64,000 nucleotides of DNA from Callorhinchus milii (GCF_018977255.1 NW_024704807.1:124001-188000); one strand, 5' to 3'; positions 1 to 11,926 are shown, counted from the first letter of the stretch. Translations and numbers: made by a program. Notes: generated by a model from the letters alone, not told the origin.

Positions 1-596
1 GCTGGAGCTTGTAATTGTATAATTACACTGCAGATAAACATCCTCCCCTTCATTCACTGTTACAGCAGATAGGAAATGTGTCACTGCGTCTCCTGCACAA
101 TGTCCTGCAAACGAGATACAAAACAGCGTTCAGTCCAATAACAATAATAATGATGATAACGCTTACAATTTATATACAGACTGATCACATCTTTGAGGTG
201 TCCATGTGCTTCATGTAATACGCATGAAATGTATTTTCTGGGCAAAGCACTGCAGCCAATTCGCACAGAATTAACCCATAGAAGTCCAGGTTAACGTGCC
301 CATATTATCACAGGAAAAATGTTGGTAACCAAAGATTGGCGTGTGTGTGGAGTAAGGAAACTTGCCTAAGTATTTGACCTGTGCCGCCCGGGAATCGAAC
401 ACAGCTCCTCTCGCTTGTGAGACAAAAACTGAACTACAGTACTCCAGGTCCACAAATATCCGACAGCGTATTAGTTGCTTTGTGCAATAAAACTTAGGCA
501 TTGGATTTTATTTGCAAGAACCAGACTGATGAAGCGAGCTGATCGCTTACCTGACAATATAATGATGGCTGCTGCCACATAGATATACAATGTCAT
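1..596 (-). CDS. TRAV: TCR alpha/delta V segment, family B, partial (runs off window start)
   Basis: Leader 596-551 (MTLYIYVAAAIILS-G, donor GTAAGC); acceptor, then V exon from 104 (GHCAGDAVTHFLSAVTVNEGEDVYLQCNY...). Inverted paralog of the truncated gene at 43086-43845, so it may also be a pseudogene. Confidence 0.75.
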
Positions 597-1259
597 ATGT
601 ATTCAATATCACTGGAAGTTGAGAGAGCGTTGATGGTGCAGTTGGAGAATGTTGGCTGCGAGGCTGTAAGATACCTTGAATGGGGCTGAACAGGACACAA
701 CATACAGAAGCTACATACACTGTGAAGGAATAGGTCTGAAGGTTATGTACAAAAACCTTGTGTCACTGTCATTTTGGGTCATCTTCTCTGCTCTGTCATC
801 TCGCTCCTCCATGGCTTCTCTTCCATCGCTGACATTCATTTCTTCAGCTGAGGGTCTGACACCTGCAGCAAGTTACACGCATATGGAAGTTGATCCCAAA
901 CTCGTCCATGAGTTCCAAAAACGTGTGCCATCTGCGAAGTCCTGAAGCTGAATGCTTAAAGCCCTCGACACACAAGCGAGAGACCTCGGTTCGATTCCCG
1001 GCGATGTGAAATGTTGGACGTGTTACGTTAATCCCCAAACACAACTGTTTACAGATGAGTAAGTAGGAAACTTGTTGTTAGTCGAATGTTAGTTTCCTTT
1101 GTGGGGATAATAATCCCGTTTCGTATTCAAAATGCAGTCACATCACTTTACAGTATATTCTGTGAAGCGCTTTGAGACGTCTCAGAGACGAGATAAGGCG
1201 CTGTTTAAAATGCAAGTCTTATTAATATATATAGTCAAATAAAGGTAGGAGGAGGTATT

Positions 1260-1500
1260 CAGTGGAAGCCCCTGAGTGCGTTCAGACGGCTGGAAAATGG
1301 ACTACTGTGTGTTGGCTTCATATCCCCGGAGGCAGATGTCAATTTGGTAACGAGGTGAAACGAGCGATTGGAAGGTTTCAAAGCGAAAGAGGAGGAATCA
1401 AGTAACGTCAGCAGTTTCTCGGATGTCTCTGCACCAGTTAGTGGAAAGTTTCTTTCCCGCCCCTTTCCGGTCTTGGTTTCTGGGTTACAGCAGTTTGGGT
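1260..1500 (-). other. Conserved intergenic module 2 (inverted copy)
   Basis: Reverse complement of 42190-42430; related to 21030-21270 and 31220-31460. Confidence 0.6.
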
Positions 1501-2179
1501 GCAAAATACAAGTTGACTTATCCATTTCAAAGCTGCAAGTTATTGTGTTTTACGGTTTATTTCGCTGAATGATACTTCATATTTTAAAACTGTTGTTTGT
1601 AACATGTGTGTCTGACACAAGAGGCAACACATCACCATGATTTTACGTAATCAAAACAAACCGTGAAATATAACGATAAGCTTTGCTGTTGCTATCATCT
1701 TCTTGACGCCTCAAAGAGCTTTACAGCTATACTTAAAAATGTAATCACTGTGTTTTTTGTTGACGAAACTTGGCAGTCAATTGCGCACAGTTGCATTTCA
1801 AAAACAGTTGCTCAAAGAGTGTCCACATTATCTTTATTTAGTTTGAAGGAACCAGTCGATTATCAACCAGTTTCCTACTTAAAGCTGGTTAAAAATTCGT
1901 GTGTGGATTAAGAAAGTGTACTGACTTTGGATGAAACGCAGCAGTAAATTTCGCTAATAGTCGTGTGACCGATTGAGTAAACTTTTGTTTCTTTTTCATT
2001 TTTTTAAGGAATTATTACCCTACGAAAAGCGTTCTGCCAATCGACTAACAGCCGTGTTTGCCTTTGCTGCCGGGAAACGAACCCATTTGTCTCGCTTGCG
2101 GGGCGAGTGCTCTAACCATTGAGCAGCAGTAAACGCAGCACGTTTTTGTACAGGTCCCTCATAGACACACAGCACTGTG

Positions 2180-2631
2180 CTCGCTGCACAGAAGTAAGTG
2201 GCGGTGTCTGTCACTCGCAGGTTTTGGATGGTTAGAGTGCAGTTTCTCTGTCTTGTATTCGCCAAAGCTCTTATCCTTTCCTTCACACTGATGTCACTTG
2301 TTCCCAAAACCAAGAAACGGATGGAGCCGTTTCCATACTGTGTGTACCACTGAAAGGCATTCGTGGATTCAGTGGTTGTACACTCCACAGATACATTCCC
2401 ATTTTCATTCTCTGTCACGGCCTGAGGTCTCTGTGACACATTGATTTCAGCAAAGACACCTGAGAAGAAAAGTAAGTTGTTGAAAAGAAATTCGGAGAAT
2501 ATTTGCCAGGACATTTAGCAATTATTTAACAGGAATATAAGAATGAGTTTGCCCTAACTCATAACCTACTTACAAGGTAGAGATATTATTAAATTCAAAA
2601 TAATATACGTTCTGCTGTATATCTGCTTCAT
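2180..2631 (-). CDS. TRAV: TCR alpha/delta V segment, family A, intact
   Basis: Leader 2631-2574 (MKQIYSRTYIILNLIISLP); V exon 2459-2180 with C23, W41 and YFC; RSS CACAGTG 2179-2173, 23 bp, ACAAAAACG 2149-2141. Confidence 0.93.
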
Positions 2632-4141
2632 TTTCAACTCTCGTCGATTCACGTCAGAATCTTTGGTTGAAATGCCAGAGGGAATAATCTAAATGCAGAT
2701 CCTCGATTATGAACGCTTCTTCACTTGACGAGCTGTCTCTTAGCTCTGCGACGTTGTCTTGTCTCTGGAGGAGTATTGCGACACCTCCTATCGTTTAAGT
2801 TCAGATTCCCTTTCCCTCACTGTGGCAAACCAGAGTAATTTGTGAAAGAGACAGTGTAGAGAGACCTAGTTACAAAGACTCAAGGAAAGATACAAATAAT
2901 AATAATAATCCTTGTATTTGATACACCGCCTTAAAGTGTCTTGGATACGTCTCGAAATGCTTCGCGGAAAATGCAGTGAAATTAATTGGCTCTATTTATA
3001 GAGCGATGCGTGGTAGCCACGTTTGCATTGCAGAAGCACACAAACAGTCGATGATTGGGTGAACAATTCACAACATTTTGTAAGTTACTATTACCCCGGA
3101 TACCGATGCGCCATTCGTTTTCCTGCTTGCGAGGAGATAGTTCTAACCATTAAACTATAGGACCAACATGTAGTTCGGCGGAGACCCCGTATCTTGATAA
3201 TTGGTAGACTTGCAGGAATAGTGTGTGAAGAACTTTGTGATGAAGGGAATGAGATAAAGAGTTTCTCTGGGTTCCGTACAAACAGGTTTAGGATAGTATA
3301 GGTTATAAGGAATAATTTTCCAGTGAAAGTGGGAGCAGAACAGTGAGAAAATCCTGATACTCCCTATCATTGTGTTGACTGTGATCGCCTACAATTTTGT
3401 AATAAACTTGGTTTCCAATACTCTACCTTTCGAGTGTATCTGTTGTTCAGAATGGAAAGTGTAAACCAAGCAAAGGTATGCGGCTGGTAACACTCTGAAA
3501 ATGATTAGAAGTGGGGAACAGAAACATGCTTTATTGAACCATTTTTCGCAGGTTTTCAAGCCAGTGATGTCTGGTCAAAATACCAGCGAACCAGTGTCAC
3601 CCAGTGTTCAGGGAGTGAAATATATTTGTTACGGTGAACTCATAAATGTTTTCACTTGGTGCCATGCCATACCTTACCAGGCCGTTGAGACGTCTTATTT
3701 GCTTTGCAGAATATACAGTACAGTGTTGTGATTGTGAAATTTTGGGGGTGAAAAGTGATAATATATTGCCCACAAACAGTTACAGATTGAGAGAACACAT
3801 TTTTTTTCAATGAATTGATGCTACTGGAAAAGCCATCCACCAGTCGACTTACAAATCGTGTTCATATTACTGCTAGGTATACATGTGGAGCAAAGAATTT
3901 AGGCCACTGTTTAATCCCACCGGGAATCGAACCCAGGTCTTCTTGTTTGCGAGGTAAATACTCTAACCTGCAACCAATGACTACAGGACTTTCGACATGT
4001 TCCACTCTAATTTATTAGAATGATCATGTTTTAAGTGCAGCTTGCATTATAAAAGAATAAACAATACTTTTTCATGTGTCTCCAACTGCTTGACCGGTTT
4101 TCTCTATATTTAAACAGATATAAAGTCAGTTTTATGCAATG

Positions 4142-4155
4142 GCGCCCCCTGGCGG
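4142..4155 (-). promoter_or_regulatory. CTCF consensus site 3' of RSS (inverted copy)
   Basis: Reverse complement reads CCGCCAGGGGGCGC, 24 bp beyond the nonamer at 4188-4180. Confidence 0.6.
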
Positions 4156-4218
4156 TTCAGCAGCAAAACAACCAGTTGGAGTTTTTGTACGGAGTCGCCA
4201 TAGCTCGGCAGCAGTGTG

Positions 4219-4518
4219 GGCCTCTTGGCGCAGTAATACACGGCACTGTTACTGATAAGGACGGTGACAATACTCAGTTCGAAATCTTCATTAGTTTTAT
4301 TGACTTTGGAGGAAAATCGATCTGGGAAGTCAGGGCTCATACAATCCTACCTGCAATAGAGTAAAGTATGTAGACAGGAGCGTTTCTGGAAGCTTGTCTG
4401 TACCAGTAAAGATGTAGGCATCACTTATTTTCTTTAAGGTGCAGGATAATTTCACATCTTTCCCTCTTCAACTGATATTTCAGCAATCGGTTGATTCCAA
4501 TGTCTTGCAGGCTGTTTC
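4219..4518 (-). pseudogene. TRAV: TCR V segment, family E, frameshifted; leader missing (cut by gap)
   Basis: Aligns to the intact exon at 39153-39456 with four 1-nt deletions; RSS CACACTG 4218-4212, 23 bp, ACAAAAACT 4188-4180. The indels could be assembly errors. Confidence 0.8.
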
Positions 4519-4883
4519 CTGTGATTTAAAAGAAAATATTGTTGAGCAGCAAGTTTGTCTAATATGGAGACTGTAGTGTGTTGTGAGAGCATTCGCCTCA
4601 GAAGCAAAGTTATGCTGGCTTTGATATCAGGAAAGGGAAAGCTGAGGAAATTTTCCCTACTCCATACGCCTTTGTTTAAGAAGCAGTAAATAGGAACACG
4701 TTTACCAGTCGATTGGCGCCTCTCTTTTCCAGGGGTAATTAGCCCTTCAATAATGAATCAATAATGAAACAGATAATAATTTGGTCATTCAATCCATGAT
4801 TATTTGAAGAAAACTGCTGTGCACAATCGGCTCGAATAAGGATAAGCACTATATCAAATGCAATGATTATTAATATTATAATG

Positions 4884-4913
4884 NNNNNNNNNNNNNNNNN
4901 NNNNNNNNNNNNN
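4884..4913. other. Assembly gap (30 N)
   Basis: Run of N. Confidence 1.
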
Positions 4914-5246
4914 AACCAAAGGGCATAGCAGGTTGCGTGTGTTGATCGATACTTGCTCATTGCTGTCCCTATGCCAACATTGTATTTCCACAAATTGTAA
5001 TGCACCTTGTTAATCACTTTCAGCCGTTCTCTCAACGTGAAAAGCTTCAAAAGCATGAGCTTGTGTATCTGTCTACGTGTCTGTGTCTGTCTCTCAGTGT
5101 GTGTGTCTACCTTTTTGGCAGTGTCTGTGTGTGTCATTGTTTGTATGTGTGTTTGTGTTTAAGTTGTGTGTATGAGAGAGAGAGTGTCTCGATGTCTGAG
5201 TGCATCTGCGTTTACTTTTACGTTCAAACAACGTCGTTCACCTCAG

Positions 5247-5428
5247 AGGAGAACCTTAAACGCCAGACTATTGTCACTATTCTTGGCTCCGGTTTATCTA
5301 CGGGGGGATTTATCAATATACTTTATTCCACTTGCTGGTAATTTAACATGTGTAGTACTCCTGGTGTGGGGAAGGGGAACCAAACACCCTCACACACTGG
5401 AGATATGAGTCGAGGTCTTCAGGGAGGG
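5247..5428 (+). other. Candidate transmembrane/juxtamembrane exon upstream of the ITIM exon (contains an in-frame stop)
   Basis: Acceptor TTCACCTCAG; reads ENLKRQTIVTILGSGLSTGGFINILYSTCW*FNMCSTPG...LQGG. The donor GTGGGT at 5429 is in phase with exon 5498, but there is a TAA at 5339-5341 and hydrophobicity is weak. Confidence 0.25.
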
Positions 5429-5497
5429 GTGGGTGGGTGGGTGGGGGTTACTCCCAATGAACGTCTGCAGATATGTTGAGTGTTGCCCTGTTTGCAG

Positions 5498-5602
5498 AAT
5501 GCTGACATCATCTACGCCAATCTGATGTTAGGAAACAGGATTGAGAATGGCCGTGAAAACGGTGAGAATGATGGTCCAATCTACGCTACAGTCAGCGTGT
5601 AG
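5498..5602 (+). CDS. Probable terminal exon of an inhibitory immune receptor (ITIM plus ITIM-like motif)
   Basis: Acceptor CCCTGTTTGCAG; translates NADIIYANLMLGNRIENGRENGENDGPIYATVSV*. IIYANL fits (I/V/L/S)xYxx(L/V), and PIYATV lies 23 residues later just before the stop. Confidence 0.6.
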   Translation, partial: NADIIYANLMLGNRIENGRENGENDGPIYATVSV

Positions 5603-5719
5603 CACGGAGGCCGGTGGCCATCTCCTCGCTCCAGCTCCTCATCAGCAATTATATTCAATACCAGCTTCAGTTTGACGACAACGGGTCACTCACTACACTT
5701 GTCTATCTGACATAGGTGG

Positions 5720-5945
5720 AGATTGAGTTACATACTGAGATAGAATGAGTGAGTGCGTGTGAATGAGTTAGAGAGAGAGACTGAGTAAGATATAATGAGA
5801 CCGATGGTGAGAGACGGAGCGAGGGATTGCGAGAGGTAGTGAGTGAGAATGAATGTGAGAGAGAGTGATTGAATGAGACTGAATGGGAAACTGAGTGAGA
5901 GAAGGAGATAGAGTGAGACATCGGGACTGCCTGCGAGAAAGAGAA

Positions 5946-5981
<36 letters not shown>

Positions 5982-6790
5982 GAGAGAGATACTTAGTGAG
6001 AGAGTCAGTGAGAATCAGAGACTAAGAGAAAGATAACGAGAGTGAGAGCCTGTGTGGTAGAGGGTGAGAGAGTAAAAGAGAGCAAGGCAGGTTGTGAGAG
6101 AGATGGAGAGACAAAACACGAGGGGTGTGAGTGAAAATTGGAATCAGAAATGTTAGTGCTTAATTTACTGGATGGCCCAACAGTGAGCGTGTTTGAGAAA
6201 CAGTGTTTGATAGAGAGAGAATGTAAGGGGGGATCGGGAGAAAGGGGGTGAGCAGAGAAAAAGTGATGCAGAGAGAGTGTGAGAGGGACCCGAAAGATTG
6301 CGGGAGGGTAAGAGGGGGATTGAGAGCGATCAACTGCGAGCAACAGGAAAAGAATGACTGTTGAGTAGAAAGTTAATGTGCGATTCAGAAATAAGTTTGA
6401 AGTATGAGAGAAGGAGAGAACAATTGAGTTAGAGAGAGTGTCACAGAGAGAGAGAAACAGGGGTGACACGGAAGGAGAGAGACGGGGTTAGGAGAGAGAG
6501 ATTCAGAGGTTGAAGGTGAGCGATCGATTGAGAGACCGATTATGATGGAGAGCGGCAGAGAGAGGGACAGAGCAGGGGAAACAAACAAGGAGGAACAGAG
6601 CATAGAGAGTGAGAGATGGCAGAGAGAGTGTGTGTGGGGTAGGTGGTGGGGGGTTGGGGCGATGCACGTGGGAAGCGAGGTATTGAGAGACAGGAACGGA
6701 AATAGGGAGAAATAAGGGAAAAGAGTATGAAAGGACAAAGAGTGAGAGAGAGGGGGGAAATGTGTGAAGGTACAGAGAGAGAGTGAACAT
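5720..6790. repeat. Purine-rich (GA)n/(GT)n low-complexity tract
   Basis: Near-continuous GAGA/GTGA degenerate microsatellite. Confidence 0.85.
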
Positions 6791-7269
6791 CTGCAGCTCT
6801 GTTACTTGCTCATGTAACTGTCTGTGTTGTTTAACCATAATCATCTGATGGGAACCGAAACGCGAGCGTTTCCTGTATTAACGCAAGTGTATTGACCCGA
6901 TCAACTCATTGCAATTAAATATAATATCCCATATTCAGCATTAATTTGATTCGATGAAATGTATCAGTTACATTATGCGTCAGCTTAGCAATCTTTTATT
7001 AAATTTTACTACTGAAAAAGAAATGTGTATCAACTCGTACTTCAGCGCAAGGTCACGAAATAAATAATTCTTGCACTTTACGTAAACCAGACTGAAAACA
7101 GCTATCAGAGTAAGAATGCGTCGCCACCATGGTTTTATTTATGAACTGGTCATTATGATGTTAGTGCTGGTCACTATGACAGGGAGGAGGTGTGTGTGGT
7201 TGAGGTGGGAGAGGGGCTGGGTGTGTTGACAGGGTAAGGGCTATGTGTGAATGAGAAGGGAAGGGGCTG

Positions 7270-7580
7270 GGTCTGGGCGAGAATGGGGTGAGGCTTGGTG
7301 TGGGTGAGGATTTGGCGTCGCTGGTGCAAGTGAGGTTGGGGTGGAGCTGGGTGTGAGTGAAGATGAGGTGGAGCTGGTTGTGAGTGAAGATGCGGTGGTG
7401 CTGGGTATGAGTAAAGATGGGGTGGAGATGGATGTGGGAGAGGATGTGGTGGAACTGGGTGTGGGTGAAGATTGGGTGGGATTGGGTTTGGGGGAGGATG
7501 GGGTGGAGCTGGGTGTGAGTGACGGTGGAGTATAGCTGGGTGTAGGTGAGGATGGAGAGGGGCTGTTGTGGGTGAGGATG
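7270..7580. repeat. Degenerate ~27-nt tandem repeat (S/T/P-rich on the minus strand)
   Basis: Unit similar to GGGGTGGAGCTGGGTGTGAGTGAAGAT; 9-aa periodicity in translations on both strands. Confidence 0.75.
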
Positions 7581-9049
7581 GGGTGTGGAAAGAAGGTGAG
7601 TATTGGCAACAAAATTATACAACAACAAATTACAGTTTTGTAGCGCTCTCCACGAAGCAAACGCTTCCCAATTGAACCCCTGAACGGCCACATATTTGCA
7701 GCTTCCTGGTTCCCCAAATCTGACAATAATTACGCACTGAATGGCGCGAATTTAAAATGCCCCCAAGTCCAGTCAGATAAGAATGGCTGTAAGGCCTACA
7801 GTTACAGGCACATGCCCAGCGGGTAGTGGTGTTGCACTGTAACTCCTCCCTGTGTTCACCGTACAACATCGCCGCCCAGAGGCTGACATCGGTATTACAG
7901 CTCCACGGAAATCCACTTAATAATTTCTTACTTTTTCAACAAAACAGCAAATAATCTGCATGTAGTTAGACTCCTTCACATAGTATAACGAATCGGAGCT
8001 GTTCTTCGGTAATTTACTGTACCTCAAAAATACATTCTCATTCCATTTTCAGCTTTATGTCAATAAATTGTTACCCACTGAATCCAATTTCACAAAATTT
8101 ATTGTTCATTCTCTCGGTCCGGTGATCACCATCTAATGCTGGAGAGCGGAAAGGCAGTATAAACAATTCATCGAGTCCTCCTTTCTCTCGATGATTGTTG
8201 TGCATCAGATGTTATATTCTTTCACTGACTAACTGTGTTCCAATTTAAAATAAAAACCTGAAACACCACACTACTGCCACTAGATTTTCGCGTTGCACTG
8301 TTTAACTTCCTGTAATGATCTGACTAAAACTACACGTCTTCCTTCAGTCTCACTGTCTCACTGGAGTTGATCTGGAGTTTATTGACGAATGTCAAAATGG
8401 AGACAGCACTGTGTGAGTGTCTCCCAACTGATTCCTTACCAGGCGTTTTCGCAATACTCCGGGACACTGCTCGGGGTAGAGCATCAGACTGCCTCATCGA
8501 CAGAATTTGGAAGGGCACACCAGTCACCAGGGACAGGGAATGCGACCTCGCAGTTTCTGATAATCAACGCCCTAATGTGCAGTGTGGTCGTAGGAATGGG
8601 AAATGCTCATTCTCCAATCATTAAACGACTAGGAGCACACGTACAACTCACCCCAAGGAACTCACCAGCCTTCACGCACACACATGTTCAACCCCGTGGT
8701 GTGCATGTGCAGATCCAAAGGTGTGCATGTGTGCACTTACATCTTTCTCCACGCAAGCGGGCAAGCATAAACACGCTTTGGTTTGCACAGCAAATGGATC
8801 AAAAAAGAGACACTCACAATAATATTTGTTACGACATCAGGGTTGATGTGTCATTGAGTATTATGATGGCTCTATTCAATAACGAAAATAATAGTACTCA
8901 ATGATTTTGATACATTGGCTTATCCCATATTTCTCACGTATTAAACAGCTTCATAGAATATATCGGAGAATGAAATAATTGTTTATTTTGTTGTCGAAAT
9001 ATTGTTTGGAAGACTGTCTTTTCCCCTTTATTCATGCAACTACCTGGTT

Positions 9050-9400
9050 AATTTTCAATCCAATATGTTACTTATGCGCCTTTCACTTCGAGAGGACGTC
9101 CCAAGGCGCTGAAGTGTCAGGATGGCGATTGGGATGGCGTCCGCGGGGATTGGAGAGGTTGGAGGGCAAAGGATGTGATGAGGGTGAACGGCCGCAAAGT
9201 CAAAGAGGAGGATCTTGAGATGGGTCTTGAAGGAGGCAAAAGAGGGGATGAGACGGAGTGACTGCACCCAGAGAGCGGGGAAAGCGTGGCTGATGGCCCG
9301 CCCGCCAATGGTGGGACAGACTAGCCATGGAACGTGAAGCAGCAGAGATCTCTAAGTGGAGGAAGCCAGGAGGTTGCGAGGGAGTTAAGAGTTCTCTGAG
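9050..9400 (-). mobile_element. L2-type LINE 3' fragment
   Basis: Reverse-complement 3' tail (GCGCC...GGACGTCCCAAGGCGCT) followed by L2-like ORF2-end/3'UTR sequence; family not verified by a database search. Confidence 0.55.
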
Positions 9401-9819
9401 TTAAGGAGAATAATAATATATTTATATTATATTAACGTTATTATAACAATAATATTATCAGGTGGTGAGAAGTACGTAATGCAAATGCTACTTAAAAATT
9501 TCATTCATAAACATAATCCTTGCATTTGTTACGCCACCTTTTCTCAAACGCTTCGCACAATATACTGGAAAGTGAATTGCCTGGGTGTTTTGCGGTGAAA
9601 GGTGGCACTCGATTGCGCACAGCAGTGTCCCGCGAATAATTGTGAATTGAGTAGAATTATCATTGTTAATCTTAAGGTATTATTACACCCAGAAAGCGAT
9701 CCCCCAGATTCCACGACTCCTCTCAATATTGGCGGTGGACCCTCCAGCGGTTCCCGCTGCAATCTTCAAATCAATCAGCGAGAAGTCCTGTTAGTTCGCA
9801 GTTGGAGAGTGTAACAGTG

Positions 9820-10026
9820 AGAGAGACGAAGAGATAGAGCGTGTGTGTGAGAGAGACAGACTAAGAGAGAGACAGACTGAGAGAGAGAGAGAATGAGATA
9901 CAGTGAGAAAGAGGGAGGTATAGAGGGAATGTGGGTGTGAGAGATAGAGACAGAGAGAATGAGTGAGAGAGACTGTGTCTAGGAGAGAGAGTGACTGACA
10001 GAGAGGGAGACTGATTTAGAGTGACT

Positions 10027-10057
<31 letters not shown>

Positions 10058-10110
10058 TGAGATAGAGAGAGAGGAAGAGAGAGAGGGAAAGAGATAGGTG
10101 CATCATAGGG
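9820..10110. repeat. (GA)n-rich microsatellite tract
   Basis: GAGA runs visible directly. Confidence 0.85.
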
Positions 10111-10401
10111 GAGAGGAACTTTGCTCACTATCCAAGCAGAGAGAAAGGTATGTCTGTTCATTTCATACACCCAATCGGTTCTGATTACATAGCATTAAAT
10201 GGGAATACTGGTGTTAGTCGATTTGTGAATTAAATTTAGCACAAGCAAACATACAGGAAACGAGCAGTTCGTGAAGGCGTCACCGAGAGTATAATTATAA
10301 CTGCACCATTAGCGGCGCTCCACAAACGTTACCAATTTTTATCAGAATTCAGCTGATTTCTGGCTGCATTTCAACCAGAAATTTTGACGTGAGAGTTGAG
10401 A

Positions 10402-10899
10402 ATGAAGCAGAATTTCAATGCAAAGTATAATTATTTGGCATATAATGATATCACTGTTATGTAAGTAGGCGATGAGTCTCTCTCTCTCTCTCTCTCTCTC
10501 TTCATCACTGTCTCAGTCTCCAACAAAATACGTAGTCACTGCAATTAATAACATATTCTCTCTCAGTCATTCTCTCGCTCAGTCTCTCATTTTTCTTATG
10601 CTAATGATTATCACCTCAGGTGTTTGTGTTGAGAGCGATATATCACAGAGTCCACAGGACGTGACAGAGAATGAAAACGGGAAAGTGTCTACGGAGTGCA
10701 CCACCACGGGGAACCTTCCTGTCTTTCACTGGTACACATGGTATGGAAACGGCTCCGTCCGGTTCTTGGTTTCGGGGAAGAAAGCGACATCAATGTGTCG
10801 GACCGGATAAGTGCTTTGGCCGAGCGAACAGAAACACAGCACACAGACAGTCAAAGCCTTGCGAGTGACAGACACCGGCACTTACTTCTGTGCGGACAC
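10402..10899 (+). pseudogene. TRAV: TCR V segment, family A, frameshifted
   Basis: Leader 10402-10460 is 59 nt (58 in paralogs); V exon 10620-10899 shifts frame after FR2; intact RSS CACAGTG 10900-10906, 23 bp, ACAAAAACA 10930-10938. Confidence 0.85.
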
Positions 10900-11121
10900 C
10901 ACAGTGGTGTGTGTCTAAGAGAAGGCTGTACAAAAACACCCTGGGATTACTGTAACTCAATGGTTAGTGCTCGTCGCCTCTCAAGTGAGATACATGGGTC
11001 CGGTTCCAGTCCGGTCACAACTTTGGACCAGTTTCCTTGATCCAACTGTTTCTCTTTCACAAGCAGTGAGCAGAGAACCGGTTGTTAGTCGACTGACAGA
11101 ACGCTTTTCCCGGAGTTAATC

Positions 11122-11442
11122 ATAATAATAATAATAATCCTTGCGTTTGATATATCGCTTTTCACATCGGGAGGACGTCCGAAAGCGCTTCACAGAACAC
11201 ACTGTAAAGTGAATTGACTTTATATTTGTAGGCGAACGCGGCAGCCAATTGCGCACAGCAATGTCCCACAAACAGTCGTAGATTGAAAATGACCAACTTG
11301 TTATTGTTTAGGGTTTTGGAGGGATTAATATTAGGTGCGTGGAGTTAGGAAACTTGCCCAAGGTTTCGCCTGGTCTGGAATTGAACTCAGGTCTCTCGCT
11401 TGCAAAGCGAGTGCTCTAACCACTGAGCGACAGGACTCCACA
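11122..11442 (-). mobile_element. tRNA(Ala)-like SINE with L2-like tail, near full length
   Basis: Minus strand begins TGTGGAGTCCTGTCGCTCAGTGGTTAGAGCACTCGC (A box) ...GAGTTCAATTCC (B box) and ends GCGATATATCAAACGCAAGG(ATT)n. Dozens of degraded copies occur across the window. Confidence 0.8.
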
Positions 11443-11926
11443 AATAGAATTTCTTTAAAATATTCAATAGAAATTTATTCAATCGGTTCCACGACTATTT
11501 GTATGACGCTTTTGTGCGAAATTGGATGCAGGGTTTCGCCCACAAAACGCTGAATCACGACACTTGTCCTCCTCCGCAAAACTCTGCTGCCTGTCAGTAA
11601 GTAGGAAACTGGTTGGTGATGGATTGGCGGTTCGCTTTTCCACTGGCAATAGTTCCTTCAAACTAAATATAGATAGTTTGGAACCTCAAACTTTGACTCC
11701 TGGTCGGACGATGCTGTTCGCAATTGGCTGCCAGGTTTCGTCTAGGAAAAAAAACAGTCACTACACTTGAACGTATAACCGTGAATCGCTTTGAGAGGAT
11801 CCGCAAATCGACGAACAGACGGTTTCCTACGTATTATTCGGTCGACAGAGGGGCGTGGAATAAGGAAACCTGCCTTAGGTTTAAAGGAAACTTGCATTTC
11901 TTCACTAAAGCGTTGAAAGATTGGCT

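Larger units (their letters stand above)
1..4883 (-). repeat. Inverted segmental duplicate of ~38.9-43.75 kb (E, A, B V-gene block)
   Basis: Position 1 GCTGGAGC pairs with GCTCCAGC at 43741-43748. Colinear reverse-complement match of non-coding and coding sequence continues to near the gap at 4884. Confidence 0.9.

Noticed and set aside
5367-5384. WGRGTK resembling a J-segment WGxG motif
   Set aside because: No correctly spaced RSS upstream and no splice donor at the expected position.
5703-6844. Long S/L/H-rich minus-strand ORFs (also 9861-10170)
   Set aside because: By-products of GA-rich low-complexity DNA that lacks stops on one strand.
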